DNA of 64,000 nucleotides from contig NW_026943821.1 of the NCBI RefSeq assembly GCF_035594765.1, forward strand, positions 13,609,608 to 13,673,607, read 5' to 3'. Below the pieces are notes generated by a model. The model was not told the origin of the DNA. It worked only from the letters and a program-made list of their open reading frames with translations, and did not search any database. Each line of letters begins with the position of its first letter. The stretch's first letter is position 1. This DNA comes from Anolis carolinensis (Eukaryota). Both the position numbers and the translations under genes were made by a program. This document shows positions 63,549 through 64,000 of this stretch, in pieces.

Positions 63549-64000
63549 TAGGCTTGCTCAAATAATTCGATTTCCCCGTTACCCGTTATTAAGTCGTTAC
63601 TTTCGTTTCTTTTGAAGCAATATACGGACTTGATTGTCCACACGTCTGGATATCGCGGTTTCGAACCGCGAGAGGCCGTTTTTGTTATGTCGTCGTTTTT
63701 TTCGTTAGGAAAAAAAGCTTTTGCAAATCACCCAAACTCCCACCATTCAGGCCCTTTCCTTTTGCCCCTCAGCAAAAGGGGCGTCACGGGCTCAGCCAAT
63801 GGGAGGGGGCGAGGGGGAAGGAGGCCGAGGAGGAGGAGGAAGACGGAGGGGGGAAATGGCCGCCGCCGCCGCCTCGCCTCAGCTCAGGCCTGGTGTCTCT
63901 CTGTGAGGCGGGAAGGCGGCGGATGGAGCCGGGAATGGAGAGACCGAGAGAGACAGAGAGGGGCCCGGCGGTGAGGAGGAAGAGGCCCGGGATGCGAGGG
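63549..64000. mobile_element. Left end of a hAT-like non-autonomous element with a GC-rich interior
   Basis: Begins taggcttg like the 31843 TIR and truncates the R4 fragment; the right end is outside the window. Confidence 0.55.

Overview
Vertebrate genomic DNA. The repeats (Sauria-type and other tRNA SINEs, CR1, L1, L2, R4/Dong, Penelope, hAT/mariner MITEs, Helitrons) indicate a squamate, most likely an anole lizard. The window is an innate-immune receptor cluster. One chemoattractant-family GPCR (minus strand, 2.7-3.7 kb) is followed by three repeats of a head-to-head pair: a Siglec-like gene (minus strand) and a GPR33-like GPCR (plus strand). Phase-consistent exons assembled by hand give three Siglecs with different architectures. 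A has a V-set, one membrane-proximal Ig domain, an uncharged TM and a YCNM tyrosine tail. B has a single V-set and a Lys-containing TM. C has a V-set, two C2/I domains and a Lys-containing TM. In B and C the TM lysine codon is split across a phase-2 intron, so it does not appear in the ORF track. All three V-sets keep the sialic-acid-binding Arg. The inter-domain Cys is present only in C, the only gene with the partner domain-2 exon. Each of the four GPCRs carries a different change in a conserved signalling or ligand motif. Gene models are unvalidated manual predictions. No CRISPR, rRNA or true tRNA genes were seen. There is one assembly gap (63070-63204).
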